A DNA stretch of 64,000 bases, from the NCBI GenBank assembly GCA_036744835.1, contig DAIOHD010000001.1:82320-146319 (forward strand). Direction: 5' to 3'. The DNA is from Candidatus Magasanikiibacteriota bacterium. Lineage in GTDB: Bacteria; Patescibacteriota; Patescibacteriia; Magasanikbacterales; GWA2-37-8. A program made the translations under genes and the position numbers. A model generated the notes under the pieces. It was not told the DNA's origin. It worked only from the letters and a program-made list of their open reading frames with translations, and did no database searches. Positions 39,084 through 49,161 of the stretch are shown in pieces; position 1 is the first letter of the stretch; every line of letters starts with the position of its first letter.

Positions 39084-39101
39084 AATATAAATTTAGTAAT
39101 T

Positions 39102-41912
39102 ATGCAGGAAATGTTAAAAATAAAAGGAGCAAGAGTACATAATTTAAAAAATATTTCGGTAAATATTCCGAAAAATAAATTAGTTGTTATTACTGGTTTG
39201 TCTGGTTCGGGAAAATCCAGTTTGGCGTTTGATACTATATATGCCGAAGGCCAACGTCGTTATGCGGAAAGTTTATCCGCTTACGCGCGTCAATTTATGG
39301 AGGTGCGTGATAAACCGGATATTGATGGGGTGGAGGGCTTGTCTCCGACTATCGCTATAGATCAACGCATTAACACTCAAAATCCTCGTTCTACGGTTGG
39401 TACAGTAACTGAAATATATGATTTTTTGCGTTTGCTTTTTGCTCGAGCCGGTAAACAATATTGTCCGGATTGCGGAGAAGAAGTAGTATCTTATAGTTTT
39501 GGAGAAATAGTTGAAATGACAAGGGGATTGGGGAGAAAAAATAAAGAAATAACCATTTTATCTCCTTTGGTACGCTTTGAAAAAGTGGAACAACCAAAAA
39601 TATTATTGGAAAAAGTGGAACAATCCGGTTTTGATCACGTACGTGTTAATGGAAAGATAATGAAAATAAATGAACTAGCTGGTTTGGCTTTTGATCCAAA
39701 GAAAAAATATAATGTTGAAATAGTCACCGGTAGAATAAATGATATCAAAAAACAAGATCCTACAAAATGGGTAGAAACTGCCTTGGATTTGAGTAATGGT
39801 TTAGTGTATGTTGCCACTGATACGGAAGATAAGATATTTTCCACCGTCGGCCTTTGTTTGCGTTGTGGAAGAATTATGGCGGATTTGGATATTCGTAATT
39901 TTAGTTTTAATAGTCCTTTTGGCGCTTGTCCGCGTTGTACCGGTCTTGGAATTACCATGGAAGTTGACCAGACTCTGGTTATTCCAAATCCGCGCTTATC
40001 TCTTTTAGAAGGAGCCATCCAGCCTTGGACTCGTATTACTGGTAATCAAAATTATTACCAAAAAATGCTTAAAGCGGTAGGGGATAAATATGGATTTTCC
40101 GTGGAGGTTCCCGTCTCTTCACTTTCTACAAAAACAATGGACATTATTTTAAAAGGAACGGGAAAGGAATTATATGAAATAGATGATAAAAAAATAGTTT
40201 ATCCTGGAGTAATAGAGGATTTACGACAAAGACATTTACAGACCGATTCAGAATATATACGTAAAGAAATAGAGCAGTATATGAAAGAACAAACTTGTTC
40301 TTTGTGCGAAGGAAAAAGACTAAAAAGAGAATCTCTCTCGGTAAAATTTGAAGGACAAAATATTGCCGATCTATCCGAAATGAATATCGAAGATAGTATT
40401 TTGTTTTTTAAAGGAATATTAAAGAAAAACGGTTTAGCCAAAAAAACAATTGTTGAACCTATTATCAAGGAAGTTGTTATGCGTTTAGAAAATTTATCTC
40501 GAGTAGGTTTGGACTACCTCAGTCTTACTCGTTCTATGAATACCGTTTCTGGTGGGGAAGCAACTAGAGTTCGTTTAGCAACCCAATTATCTTCTGGCCT
40601 TACCGGCGTTATTTATGTGTTGGACGAACCATCTATTGGTTTACACGCTCGAGATAATCAAAAGTTGATAGACACTTTAAAATATTTACGTGATTTGGGT
40701 AATACCGTGATTGTGGTAGAACATGATGCTGCCATTATGAAAGAAGCTGACTATTTGATTGATGTCGGTCCTGGAGCTGGGGTATATGGAGGCAAGATCG
40801 TCGCTCAAGGTACTTTGAGTGAAATAAAGAAAGTTAAAAATTCTTTAACTTCGGATTATTTGTTTGGTCGAGCGGACGTTTCTGAGGATTTTGAAGATTT
40901 CAAAAGTAAAAATAATAAAGATAATAGTAAAAAAATAAGTATTATAGGTGCTCAGGGTTTTAATTTAAAAAATATTAATGTTGATATACCTCTTTCTAAG
41001 TTAGTTTGTGTAACCGGTGTTTCTGGTTCCGGTAAATCAACTTTGGTTGTTGATATTTTGGGTAAATATTTGTCTAAAACTTTTTATCGTGCCAAAGATG
41101 AGCCTGGTGTTCATAAGGAAATTAAAGGTGCGGATAACATAGATAAGGTTATTGCTATTGACCAGAGTCCGATTGGTCGCACTCCGCGTAGTAACCCGGC
41201 AACCTACACCGGGGTATTTACATTGATTCGCGATCTGTACTCTTCTTTACCGGAAAGCCGTATGCGTCGTTATGACGCTGGAAAATTTAGTTTCAATGTT
41301 AAAGGCGGCGGACGTTGTGAGACTTGTGCCGGAGAAGGATATATCCGTATTCCAATGCAATTTTTGGCCGATGTTTTTGTGGTATGTAACGATTGTAACG
41401 GCAGTCGTTATAATCAAGAAGCTTTAGATATCCATTATCATGGAAAAAATATTGCCGAAGTTTTAAAGATGACAATCGAAGAAGCCTATAAATTTTTTGT
41501 TGATCAAAGACCGATTGCCGATAAACTTAATATCTTACGACAAGTAGGTTTGGGTTATTTAGAACTTGGCCAGCCGGCCACCACCTTATCTGGCGGGGAA
41601 GCGCAAAGAATAAAATTGGCTACGGAATTAGCCAGAGCCTCCACCGGAAAGACTCTTTATATTTTGGATGAACCAACTACCGGATTGCATTTCGAAGATA
41701 TCAAAAGATTGCTTTTAGTTCTTAAACAATTGGTGGAAAAAGGAAATACAATTTTGATTATTGAACATAATCTAGATGTAATTAAAAATTCTGATTGGAT
41801 TATTGAACTTGGCCCGGAAGGCGGCAAAAGAGGAGGAGAGTTAGTAGCTGTTGGCACAGTTAAAGATATTATAAAAAATAAAAAGAGTTGGACAGGGAAA
41901 TACCTAAAGTAA
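39102..41912 (+). CDS. uvrA: excinuclease ABC subunit A (canonical, with UvrB-binding and insertion domains)
   Basis: 936 aa. Two ABC modules ([14 protein letters not shown]; [11 protein letters not shown]), zinc fingers, signature LSGGE motifs. Confidence 0.95.
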   Translation: MQEMLKIKGARVHNLKNISVNIPKNKLVVITGLSGSGKSSLAFDTIYAEGQRRYAESLSAYARQFMEVRDKPDIDGVEGLSPTIAIDQRINTQNPRSTVGTVTEIYDFLRLLFARAGKQYCPDCGEEVVSYSFGEIVEMTRGLGRKNKEITILSPLVRFEKVEQPKILLEKVEQSGFDHVRVNGKIMKINELAGLAFDPKKKYNVEIVTGRINDIKKQDPTKWVETALDLSNGLVYVATDTEDKIFSTVGLCLRCGRIMADLDIRNFSFNSPFGACPRCTGLGITMEVDQTLVIPNPRLSLLEGAIQPWTRITGNQNYYQKMLKAVGDKYGFSVEVPVSSLSTKTMDIILKGTGKELYEIDDKKIVYPGVIEDLRQRHLQTDSEYIRKEIEQYMKEQTCSLCEGKRLKRESLSVKFEGQNIADLSEMNIEDSILFFKGILKKNGLAKKTIVEPIIKEVVMRLENLSRVGLDYLSLTRSMNTVSGGEATRVRLATQLSSGLTGVIYVLDEPSIGLHARDNQKLIDTLKYLRDLGNTVIVVEHDAAIMKEADYLIDVGPGAGVYGGKIVAQGTLSEIKKVKNSLTSDYLFGRADVSEDFEDFKSKNNKDNSKKISIIGAQGFNLKNINVDIPLSKLVCVTGVSGSGKSTLVVDILGKYLSKTFYRAKDEPGVHKEIKGADNIDKVIAIDQSPIGRTPRSNPATYTGVFTLIRDLYSSLPESRMRRYDAGKFSFNVKGGGRCETCAGEGYIRIPMQFLADVFVVCNDCNGSRYNQEALDIHYHGKNIAEVLKMTIEEAYKFFVDQRPIADKLNILRQVGLGYLELGQPATTLSGGEAQRIKLATELARASTGKTLYILDEPTTGLHFEDIKRLLLVLKQLVEKGNTILIIEHNLDVIKNSDWIIELGPEGGKRGGELVAVGTVKDIIKNKKSWTGKYLK

Positions 41913-42052
41913 GTATAAAGTTGAAAGTCAAAAGTAGAAAGTTAAATGTTGCTCAGATTTATATATCAAAAAAGTTTCCTTTTTAAAGGAAACTTTTTTA
42001 GTTTATTTTTAAAAATCCTATAACTTTTAACTTTCAACTTTATACTTTCAAC
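41913..42052. repeat. composite palindromic element: AAGTTGAAAGT-type repeat, bidirectional terminator hairpin, inverted AAGTTGAAAGT repeat
   Basis: Left GTAAGTATAAAGTTGAAAGTCAAAAGTAGAAAGTTA. Centre AAAGTTTCCTTTTTAAAGGAAACTTTT. Right rc GTAAGTTGAAAGTATAAAGTTGAAAGTTAAAAGTTATAGG. Sits between the convergent genes uvrA and rplS. Confidence 0.6.
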
Positions 42053-42394
42053 TTACTTGATTTCTTTCATTTTTCTTTTAAATTTCGGATTGCGTAGGTG
42101 GTGTAATTTTGCTCGGCGAACAGCCATCTGTTTAACTATTTCTATTTTTGTCACCACAGGCGCTTTGAGAGGAAATATTTTTTCCACCCCAACACCTTCA
42201 GAAATTTTTCTAACGGTAATAGTGGCTCCGGCTTCTTTGCCGTGTTTAGCAGCAATAATAGTGCCTTCAAAAATTTGAATACGTTCTTTTTCTTCTCCTT
42301 TGGTATTCGTTTCTTTGATTTTTTGGTGAACCTTTACCACCATTCCCGGTTTATATTCTACCGGTACGGCTGTATTTTTGATTTCTTCAATCAT
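42053..42394 (-). CDS. rplS: 50S ribosomal protein L19
   Basis: FEGTIIAAKHGKEAGATITVRKISEGVGVEKIFPL...VRRAKLHHLR. Confidence 0.85.
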   Translation of the reverse strand: MIEEIKNTAVPVEYKPGMVVKVHQKIKETNTKGEEKERIQIFEGTIIAAKHGKEAGATITVRKISEGVGVEKIFPLKAPVVTKIEIVKQMAVRRAKLHHLRNPKFKRKMKEIK

Positions 42395-42460
42395 ATAAAA
42401 CTCTTTGAAAATTAATAAAGTGCTATTATCTTAGCGTAAATTTGGTTTTTTGTCAATATT

Positions 42461-43036
42461 TCAAGATTCTATCATTGCCGATTCGATAATTTTGGCTAAT
42501 TTATCAACAGTTTGTTCTATTTTTCCATCTTCATTTATTATCCTATAATCATAATCCAAAGAATTTTCTATTTCTTTTTGGGCAATTTTTATTCTTTCTT
42601 CTATTAGTTCTTCACTGACTCCGCCACGTTTACGTATGCGATCTTTGAGTACTTCTAAACTGTCTGGTAATAAAAAGATGGACAAATTTTTTATACCAGC
42701 TTTATCCAGATTGTATTTTCCATTGATATCCATATTTAGAAAAACAACATTGTTTTTTGACAAAGCCATATCCAATAATCTTTTTTCTGTTCCGTAATAA
42801 TTTCCTGCATAGAAATTATATTCCAAAAAATCATTATTTTTGATTTTTTCTTTAAATTTTTCTTCGGTCACAAAATGATAATCCACACCCTCTTGATTGC
42901 CTGGGCGAGGTGGACGAGAAGTAGTTGTAACAAAACGTGATGATCCAGGAATAATTTTGAGCAAGGCGTTTATGACAGCGTCTTTACCATTACCGGAAGG
43001 GGAGGAAACAATAGTAAGTAAGCCAGTTTTGTTCAT
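42461..43036 (-). CDS. gmk: guanylate kinase
   Basis: P-loop SSPSGNGKD and the GK fold pattern. Confidence 0.8.
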   Translation of the reverse strand: MNKTGLLTIVSSPSGNGKDAVINALLKIIPGSSRFVTTTSRPPRPGNQEGVDYHFVTEEKFKEKIKNNDFLEYNFYAGNYYGTEKRLLDMALSKNNVVFLNMDINGKYNLDKAGIKNLSIFLLPDSLEVLKDRIRKRGGVSEELIEERIKIAQKEIENSLDYDYRIINEDGKIEQTVDKLAKIIESAMIES

Positions 43037-43062
43037 AATTTTGCAATTTTTAATTTAAAATT

Positions 43063-44025
43063 TTATTTTAGTTTTTTTAAAAATTCCTCTAGTTCATTTG
43101 GCAATCCTACTTCATAATGTTTCCTCTCGCCTTGTAAATCCGTAAATTCCAATTTAAAACTATGTAAAAATAATCTTCCAAGCTCATCGTCCCACTTTCT
43201 TTTTTGTTTTTTTTGAAAATAAAGGTTATCTCCAACTACCGGATGATCATAAGCTAGAAAATGTGCTCTGATTTGATGCATGCGACCGGTGTGTATTTTA
43301 ACGGTTATAAGGGAAAAATTGACAAATCTTTTTTCCACCCAAAATTCAGTTAAAGATTTTTTACCATCCTCGTTTTCGTGTCCATGTACTATTTTAGGCA
43401 AAGAAGCCATCCGTTCGTTATTTTTTCCTCGTTCAAGAGGAAAATCTATAATTCCAGTATCGGCAGAAATTTGATCATGTACTAATACTACGTATTCTTT
43501 ATCAACGGTTCTTTCTTGAAATTGTTTTTTAAGATACTCAAACATTTTTTGGTTTCGAGCAACAACGAGTAATCCTGAAGCTTCTTTGTCCAAACGGTGA
43601 ACTATTCCTGGTCGAGTTTTATCTTCTCCAACTTTTTTTATTTCTGGATATTTTTTTATCAAAAATTCAGCCATTGAGTAGTCTTCTTTTTCAGTGTTGT
43701 GAGTAAGAAGGCCGGCTGGTTTATTAATAATTAAATAATCATCTTCTTCGGCAATTATCTGCGGTTTTAAAAGAGTATTTGATAAGTTTGCTGATTTTTT
43801 TTCTTCCAAAATAACTTTTTTTTCAAAAGGTAATACTTTTATTATATCTTCAGAACTTATTTTTTCACCGGTTTTTTTGGGTTTAGCATCATTAATGGTA
43901 ATTTGATTATTTTCAATCAATTTTTGTGCTTGTGAACGACTGATTTTTAATTTTTCAGTTAAAAACAAATCCAGACGCTGATTTGCATCGTTTTTTTTAA
44001 CAATAATTTTTTTAATTTTTTCCAT
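43063..44025 (-). CDS. rluD: RluA-family 23S rRNA pseudouridine synthase (RluD-like) with N-terminal S4 domain
   Basis: HRLDKEASGLLVVA catalytic motif. S4-like N-terminus. Confidence 0.75.
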   Translation of the reverse strand: MEKIKKIIVKKNDANQRLDLFLTEKLKISRSQAQKLIENNQITINDAKPKKTGEKISSEDIIKVLPFEKKVILEEKKSANLSNTLLKPQIIAEEDDYLIINKPAGLLTHNTEKEDYSMAEFLIKKYPEIKKVGEDKTRPGIVHRLDKEASGLLVVARNQKMFEYLKKQFQERTVDKEYVVLVHDQISADTGIIDFPLERGKNNERMASLPKIVHGHENEDGKKSLTEFWVEKRFVNFSLITVKIHTGRMHQIRAHFLAYDHPVVGDNLYFQKKQKRKWDDELGRLFLHSFKLEFTDLQGERKHYEVGLPNELEEFLKKLK

Positions 44026-44079
44026 ATTAGAAGCTTTTATTTTTAACGGAGTTCATTGCTTACTATTACATGCTATTAG

Positions 44080-44118
44080 TGCGCCCAGATGGACTTGAAC
44101 CATCGACCCCTGCCTTAT
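44080..44118 (-). repeat. 39-nt exact duplicate of the 3' half of the tRNA at 44326-44398 (att-like direct repeat / tRNA remnant)
   Basis: TGCGCCCAGATGGACTTGAACCATCGACCCCTGCCTTAT is identical to 44326-44364. No intact 5' half upstream. Confidence 0.7.
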
Positions 44119-44325
44119 TATGCCACCCGTAATGAAATGAAGGGTAAAATTATAATATTTATCGGCGGAGCCGATACTGCTCATAAAAAGCCCGCCCTGA
44201 TATTTGCGCCTTTGGCGCAAATCGGGCTTATATTTCATATAAATACTACACTCGGAAAAACTAAAAACAAGTTTTTGATTTTTCCTCGTTTGTATTTATA
44301 AGGGTAGCTATATTTTAAAGCTTGT

Positions 44326-44398
44326 GCGCCCAGATGGACTTGAACCATCGACCCCTGCCTTATAAGGGCAGTGCTCTAACCACTGAGCTATGGGCGCG
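44326..44398 (-). tRNA. tRNA with anticodon UAU (tRNA-Ile reading AUA)
   Basis: rc reads GCGCCCATAGCTCAGTGGTTAGAGCACTGCCCTTATAAGGCAGGGGTCGATGGTTCAAGTCCATCTGGGCGCA. Anticodon stem CTGCC/GGCAG with loop CTTATAA. Confidence 0.7.
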
Positions 44399-44494
44399 TA
44401 AATGTGAATAAATATTAGCGTATTTTTCGATTTTTGGCAAGTAGCATTTAAGTTTGCCAAAACATCGATTTATTGATAAAATAACAAAAAATAT

Positions 44495-45031
44495 ATGATT
44501 GATTTTAATACAAAATTATTTTTAAAAATAAATAGTTGGGTAGGAAAAAATAAATGGCTAGATGCTTTTGGTAGAGCAGGGGCTGAATTTGTAATTGTTG
44601 CCATGGGAGGGTGGTATTTTGTTTCTGTTATGGTCGGCTCTTCAACTTTGGAAAAATTATATATTAGCTTAATATCGCTTCCCGTGGCTTGGATTTTTGC
44701 TTGGTTGTTGGATTTAGGAATAGCTTTTTTAGTACGTGAAGACCGTCCGCAAGTACAAATGCCAGAAGTTAAACAATTATTTTCTCCGATGATGGCTTGG
44801 AAATCTTTTCCCTCTGATCATGCTATGTCGGCTTTTCTGATGTTTTTTTTAGCCTTGCTTTTTGGTTTGCCTTATATAATTGGTTTATTTTTCTTAGCTT
44901 TGTGGGTAGTTTGGGGCAGAATTTATTGCGGGGTTCATTACCCGCTTGATGCTTTGGCCGGATTTTTGACTGCACTGGTATCAAGTCTATTTATTTATTA
45001 TTTTTTAATTATTTTAAATTTTTCCTTCTAG
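44495..45031 (+). CDS. PAP2-family membrane phosphatase (undecaprenyl-diphosphate phosphatase-like)
   Basis: PAP2 motifs REDRP, PSDH, and the SR-x5-H-x3-D region (GRIYCGVHYPLDALAG). Several TMs. Confidence 0.65.
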   Translation: MIDFNTKLFLKINSWVGKNKWLDAFGRAGAEFVIVAMGGWYFVSVMVGSSTLEKLYISLISLPVAWIFAWLLDLGIAFLVREDRPQVQMPEVKQLFSPMMAWKSFPSDHAMSAFLMFFLALLFGLPYIIGLFFLALWVVWGRIYCGVHYPLDALAGFLTALVSSLFIYYFLIILNFSF

Positions 45032-45037
45032 TTTATT

Positions 45038-45730
45038 ATGAATGCGATTATTCTTTGCGGTGGGCTTTCTTCCAGATTAAAAGATATAACTAAATCTATC
45101 CCCAAAGTTTTACTGGAAATAAAAGGTAAAACGGTTTTGGACTGGCAATTGGAAAAAATTAAAGAACTTGGATTGACAGAAGTTGTATTGGCTGCCGGAC
45201 ACTTATCCGAAGTTATTAAAAATACTGTCGGCGAAGAGAGAAATGGAATAAAATTGATCTATGCGATAGAAAAAGAACGTTTGGGTACTGGTGGAGCTAT
45301 TAAGTTTGCTTTTTCTTACTTATCAGATCCACATTTGCCGACTTTTGTATTAAACGGAGATATTTTGACTGGGGTAAATTTACGAGAAATGCTTATCAGA
45401 TTAAATCCTGATAAGGAGGGGATACTGATGGGTGCGCGAGTTGAAGATGCAAGTAGTTATGGCACTTTATTTTTTGATGAAAACAATAATTTATTGGAAT
45501 TTAAAGAAAAAGAAGGAAAAAAAATCCCCGGCTATATAAATGGAGGTATTTATCTTTTTACTCATAAAGCTCACGATCATTTCCCCAAAGATTTAAATAG
45601 TTTTAGTGTTGAATACGATGTTTTTCCCAAGATGAAAGAATTAGATGTTTATACTTTTGATGGAGATTGGATAGATATTGGTGTACCAGAGAGGTTAGAG
45701 TGGGCGAGGAATAATTGGAAAAATGATTAA
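45038..45730 (+). CDS. sugar-phosphate nucleotidyltransferase
   Basis: N-terminal AIILCGGLSSRL glycine-rich NTP-transferase motif. Confidence 0.7.
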   Translation: MNAIILCGGLSSRLKDITKSIPKVLLEIKGKTVLDWQLEKIKELGLTEVVLAAGHLSEVIKNTVGEERNGIKLIYAIEKERLGTGGAIKFAFSYLSDPHLPTFVLNGDILTGVNLREMLIRLNPDKEGILMGARVEDASSYGTLFFDENNNLLEFKEKEGKKIPGYINGGIYLFTHKAHDHFPKDLNSFSVEYDVFPKMKELDVYTFDGDWIDIGVPERLEWARNNWKND

Positions 45731-45799
45731 TATTGAATACTGAATATTGGATATTATAATTTTTTAATATCCAATATCTAATATCTAATATCTTTAGTC

Positions 45800-46669
45800 A
45801 TGTCTTTTAATAGTAAAGTTTTAATTTTAACTATCACAATTTTATTAGGTGTTCCGCTTGCGGTAGGGGTTTTTGGTTATCAAAAACACAAAGCAGCCGA
45901 GGAAGCAAAGAAAAAAATGGCTCCCCCGAGAGAAGAAATAAATATCACCATTATTCCTGGTTGGACTTTACGACAAGTAGCCGCTGATTGGATAGCCAAA
46001 GGATTATTTAAAAATGAAGAAGAAATTTATAATCTTTTGGGAAAACCGGCTCATAAATACGGGGGATTGGGGAATAGTTCTCCGGATCTGACCGAACTTT
46101 TTTCGGATTTTTCTATTTTAAAAGAAAAAGAAAAAAATTCTTCTTATGAAGGTTTTATATACCCTGATACTTATCGGATTTATAAAGATGCCAAACCGGA
46201 TGAAATACTCAGAAAAATTTTTGAGAATCTGGAAAAGAAAATAACCCTTGAAATGCGAGAAGAAATTAAGAGACAAAATAAAACTTTTTTTGAAATTTTG
46301 ACCATGGCCTCAATTGTAGAAAAAGAAGCACCAGATGCTAGTAGTATGGCTAAAGTAGCAGATATTTTTTGGCGTCGTTTAAATATGAAATGGGCTTTAC
46401 AATCTTGTGCTACGGTTAATTATATTACCGGAAAAACTACCCCAGCAGTATCGCTAGTTGATACTCAGATTGATTCTCCTTATAATACTTATAAATATCG
46501 CGGTTTACCACCCGGACCGATAAGTAATCCCAGCTTAACCGCTATCAAAGCCGTTATTTATCCGGAAAAAAACGAGTATTGGTATTTTTTGTCTGATAAT
46601 CAAGGAAATATTTATTATTCTAAGACTTTGGAACAACACAATATTTACAAGATGAGATATTTGAAATAG
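45800..46669 (+). CDS. mltG: endolytic murein transglycosylase MltG (YceG family)
   Basis: N-terminal TM and YceG-like core (YNTYKYRGLPPGPISNP). Confidence 0.7.
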   Translation: MSFNSKVLILTITILLGVPLAVGVFGYQKHKAAEEAKKKMAPPREEINITIIPGWTLRQVAADWIAKGLFKNEEEIYNLLGKPAHKYGGLGNSSPDLTELFSDFSILKEKEKNSSYEGFIYPDTYRIYKDAKPDEILRKIFENLEKKITLEMREEIKRQNKTFFEILTMASIVEKEAPDASSMAKVADIFWRRLNMKWALQSCATVNYITGKTTPAVSLVDTQIDSPYNTYKYRGLPPGPISNPSLTAIKAVIYPEKNEYWYFLSDNQGNIYYSKTLEQHNIYKMRYLK

Positions 46670-46783
46670 TTCATAAAGTTAAATAGGATACGAAATACGA
46701 AATTATACGAAATTACGAACTGAAGAATTAATAATTGAAAATTCATTAAAAATTGTAAAATTAAAAATTAAAAATTGTTTGGT

Positions 46784-47896
46784 ATGTTCACTTCCGACTT
46801 CGACTACAACCTACCCGTCAAAAATATCGCCCAAAGCCCGGCTGACCCGCGGGATTCTTCACGTTTGATGGTAATTAATAAAAAAGAAAAAACCGTTGAA
46901 CATAAAAAATTTACCGATATTTTGGATTATCTACGACCCGGAGATTTGCTTATCTGGAATAATTCCAAAGTTTTTAAAGCGCGTTTGAAAGGGGATTTGC
47001 AATTAAATCAAAAAGCCGACAATCTAAAAGACAGAAAATCTACTAATAAAATAATTAATCTAAAACCTGTAGAGGTATTTTTGTTGCGTCCTTCTGAAAA
47101 TGAAGGTATTTGGAAAGTTTTGGCCAAGCCAGGGAAGCGTCTGCGTTTGGGAATGAAAATAGTTTTTGCTCCTGATTTCTCTGCGGAAGTGTTGCTCAAA
47201 GATAGCGACGGCACAGTATTGTTAGATTTTAATGACAGTGATTTCAATATCCGTGCTAAAGCCAATAAATACGGAGAAGTACCGACTCCGCCTTATATTA
47301 AGAACATAAATATTACTCAGGATGAATTAACCGACAAATATCAAACCGTGTATGCGAAAAATGAGGGTTCGGTAGCCGCCCCAACCGCTGGATTTCATTT
47401 TACTCCGCAACTCATTGAAAAAATAAAAGCCAAAGGTATAGAATTTGCCGAAGTTACTTTGCATGTGGGACTCGGAACTTTTCAACCGGTCAAAACAGAG
47501 CATTTGGAAAATCATAAAATGCATCATGAATGGGTGGAAGTGACAGATAAAAATGCCGGTTTGATAAATGACGCCAAAGCGCAAGGTAGAAGGATAATCG
47601 CGGTCGGCACTACAACAGTTCGTACTCTGGAGGGATTAGCGGAGGTTAATAAAAATGATAAAGATAAAAGATTGGTAAAAACTTTTCAAGGAGATATAAA
47701 TTTGTTTATTGTTCCGGGATTCAAATTCAAGATTGTAGATGCTATGATAACCAATTTTCATCTACCCAAAAGCACTCTTCTGATGTTAGTCAGTGCTTTT
47801 GCAGAGGATCGTGGTTTTGTATTGAAATGTTACGAAGAGGCGGTAAAAGAAGATTATAGATTTTATAGTTTTGGAGATGCGATGCTTATTTATTAG
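46784..47896 (+). CDS. queA: S-adenosylmethionine:tRNA ribosyltransferase-isomerase
   Basis: FDYNLPVKNIAQSPADPRDSSRLMV N-terminus. The track ORF starts at TTG 46775; ATG 46784 is preferred. Confidence 0.85.
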   Translation: MFTSDFDYNLPVKNIAQSPADPRDSSRLMVINKKEKTVEHKKFTDILDYLRPGDLLIWNNSKVFKARLKGDLQLNQKADNLKDRKSTNKIINLKPVEVFLLRPSENEGIWKVLAKPGKRLRLGMKIVFAPDFSAEVLLKDSDGTVLLDFNDSDFNIRAKANKYGEVPTPPYIKNINITQDELTDKYQTVYAKNEGSVAAPTAGFHFTPQLIEKIKAKGIEFAEVTLHVGLGTFQPVKTEHLENHKMHHEWVEVTDKNAGLINDAKAQGRRIIAVGTTTVRTLEGLAEVNKNDKDKRLVKTFQGDINLFIVPGFKFKIVDAMITNFHLPKSTLLMLVSAFAEDRGFVLKCYEEAVKEDYRFYSFGDAMLIY

Positions 47897-48026
47897 TTCA
47901 AAGTTGAAAGTAGAAAGTTGAAAGTTATCGAAAGACGAGATTATTAATTTTTAATTAAAAAACTTCCTAAATTAATTTAGGAAGTTTTTTAATTTGTTAT
48001 CTGGAAAACCTATAACTTTTAACTTT
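47897..48026. repeat. second copy of the composite AAGTTGAAAGT-repeat / terminator element, between queA and rplK
   Basis: CAAAGTTGAAAGTAGAAAGTTGAAAGTTATCG ... AACTTCCTAAATTAATTTAGGAAGTTTTTT ... CCTATAACTTTTAACTTTTTACTCG. Confidence 0.6.
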
Positions 48027-48449
48027 TTACTCGATCGTTACCCCCATTTGTCTGGCGGTACCTTCCACCATTTTCATGGCAGCTTCAACATCACTGGCAT
48101 TTAAATCGGAAAGTTTTTTCTCGGCGATTTCGCGAACTTGAGATTTAGTAAGTTTACCAACTTTTTCTTGTAGTGGTTTAGCTGACCCCTTGGCTATTTT
48201 TGCCGCTTTTTTAATTAATTCAGCTACAGGAGCGGTTTTCATGATAAAAGAAAAACTTCTATCATCATATACAGAGATAACTACCGGCACAACTTCACCT
48301 TTTTTATCTTGGGTTTTATCGTTGAATTCTTTACAAAATCCGGCGATATTTACGCCGTGTTGACCCAAAGCCGGACCGACTGGTGGGGCTGGATTGGCGG
48401 CACCGCCCATGATTTGTAATTTGATTTGGGTTAATATTTTTTTTGCCAT
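48027..48449 (-). CDS. rplK: 50S ribosomal protein L11
   Basis: [35 protein letters not shown].... The track ORF's extra 24 N-terminal codons run into a MITE copy and are rejected. Confidence 0.85.
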   Translation of the reverse strand: MAKKILTQIKLQIMGGAANPAPPVGPALGQHGVNIAGFCKEFNDKTQDKKGEVVPVVISVYDDRSFSFIMKTAPVAELIKKAAKIAKGSAKPLQEKVGKLTKSQVREIAEKKLSDLNASDVEAAMKMVEGTARQMGVTIE

Positions 48450-48477
48450 AGTAAACAATTTTAAATTTTTAATTTTT

Positions 48478-48544
48478 GTCATTGCGAGCGGAGCGAAGCA
48501 ATCCCACAGTGGGTTCGCCACGGCCTACGGCCTCGCGATGACAC
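48478..48544 (+). mobile_element. short MITE-like element copy between nusG and rplK
   Basis: GTCATTGCGAGCGGAGCGAAGCAATCCCACAGTGGGTTCGCCACGGCCTACGGCCTCGCGATGACAC. Confidence 0.7.
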
Positions 48545-48589
48545 ATATCTACTGAGAAGCCCCTATTGTCAGGGCAGTAGTTTTTATTA

Positions 48590-49135
48590 TTATATCTTTT
48601 TAGCTTGCAGTGCATCCAATTCAACCGGTGTTTCACGTCCAAACATAGTAACCATAACTTTGATTTTTCCGCGTTCTTCATCTACATGACTGACTTTACC
48701 TTCGAAATTTTTGAAAGGACCGTCAACAATGCGGACAATATCGTTAACTTCCATATCGATTTTTTGTTGAGCATTTTCCGCTGTTACTCTTTTCATCAGA
48801 CTCTCTATTTCTTTTTGATCAATCGGAGTAGGGGTAGTTCCAGAACCGACAAAGCCAGTAACATTAGGAGTATTGCGAACTACATACCAAGAATCGTCTG
48901 TTACAATCATTTCTACCAATACGTAACCTGGAAAGATTTTTTCTTCCATTGTGGTACGTTTACCATTTTTAATTTTTATTTTCTTTTCTTTAGGTACCAA
49001 GATATTAAAAATTCTATCTTGCATATCAAAAGAAGTTATTCTTTGTTCTAGATTGTGTTTTACGTTTTCTTCGTAACCGCTATAAGTATGTAGTACATAC
49101 CAGCGGCGACCAAGATTCATCGTTTGTTTGGCCAT
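48590..49135 (-). CDS. nusG: transcription termination/antitermination factor NusG
   Basis: WYVLHTYSGYE NGN domain and C-terminal KOW. Confidence 0.85.
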   Translation of the reverse strand: MAKQTMNLGRRWYVLHTYSGYEENVKHNLEQRITSFDMQDRIFNILVPKEKKIKIKNGKRTTMEEKIFPGYVLVEMIVTDDSWYVVRNTPNVTGFVGSGTTPTPIDQKEIESLMKRVTAENAQQKIDMEVNDIVRIVDGPFKNFEGKVSHVDEERGKIKVMVTMFGRETPVELDALQAKKI

Positions 49136-49161
49136 ATTTATTTCTCCTTAAATAAAATAAA

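Noticed and set aside
44053-44301. ORFs 44053-44238(-) and 44089-44301(+)
   Set aside because: They overlap the tRNA-3'-half duplicate and the inter-repeat hairpin. No RBS. Noncoding by context.
48450-48521. 24-codon N-terminal extension of the rplK ORF ([24 protein letters not shown])
   Set aside because: The extension is a translation of the MITE copy at 48478-48544. Canonical L11 starts at [10 protein letters not shown] (48449).
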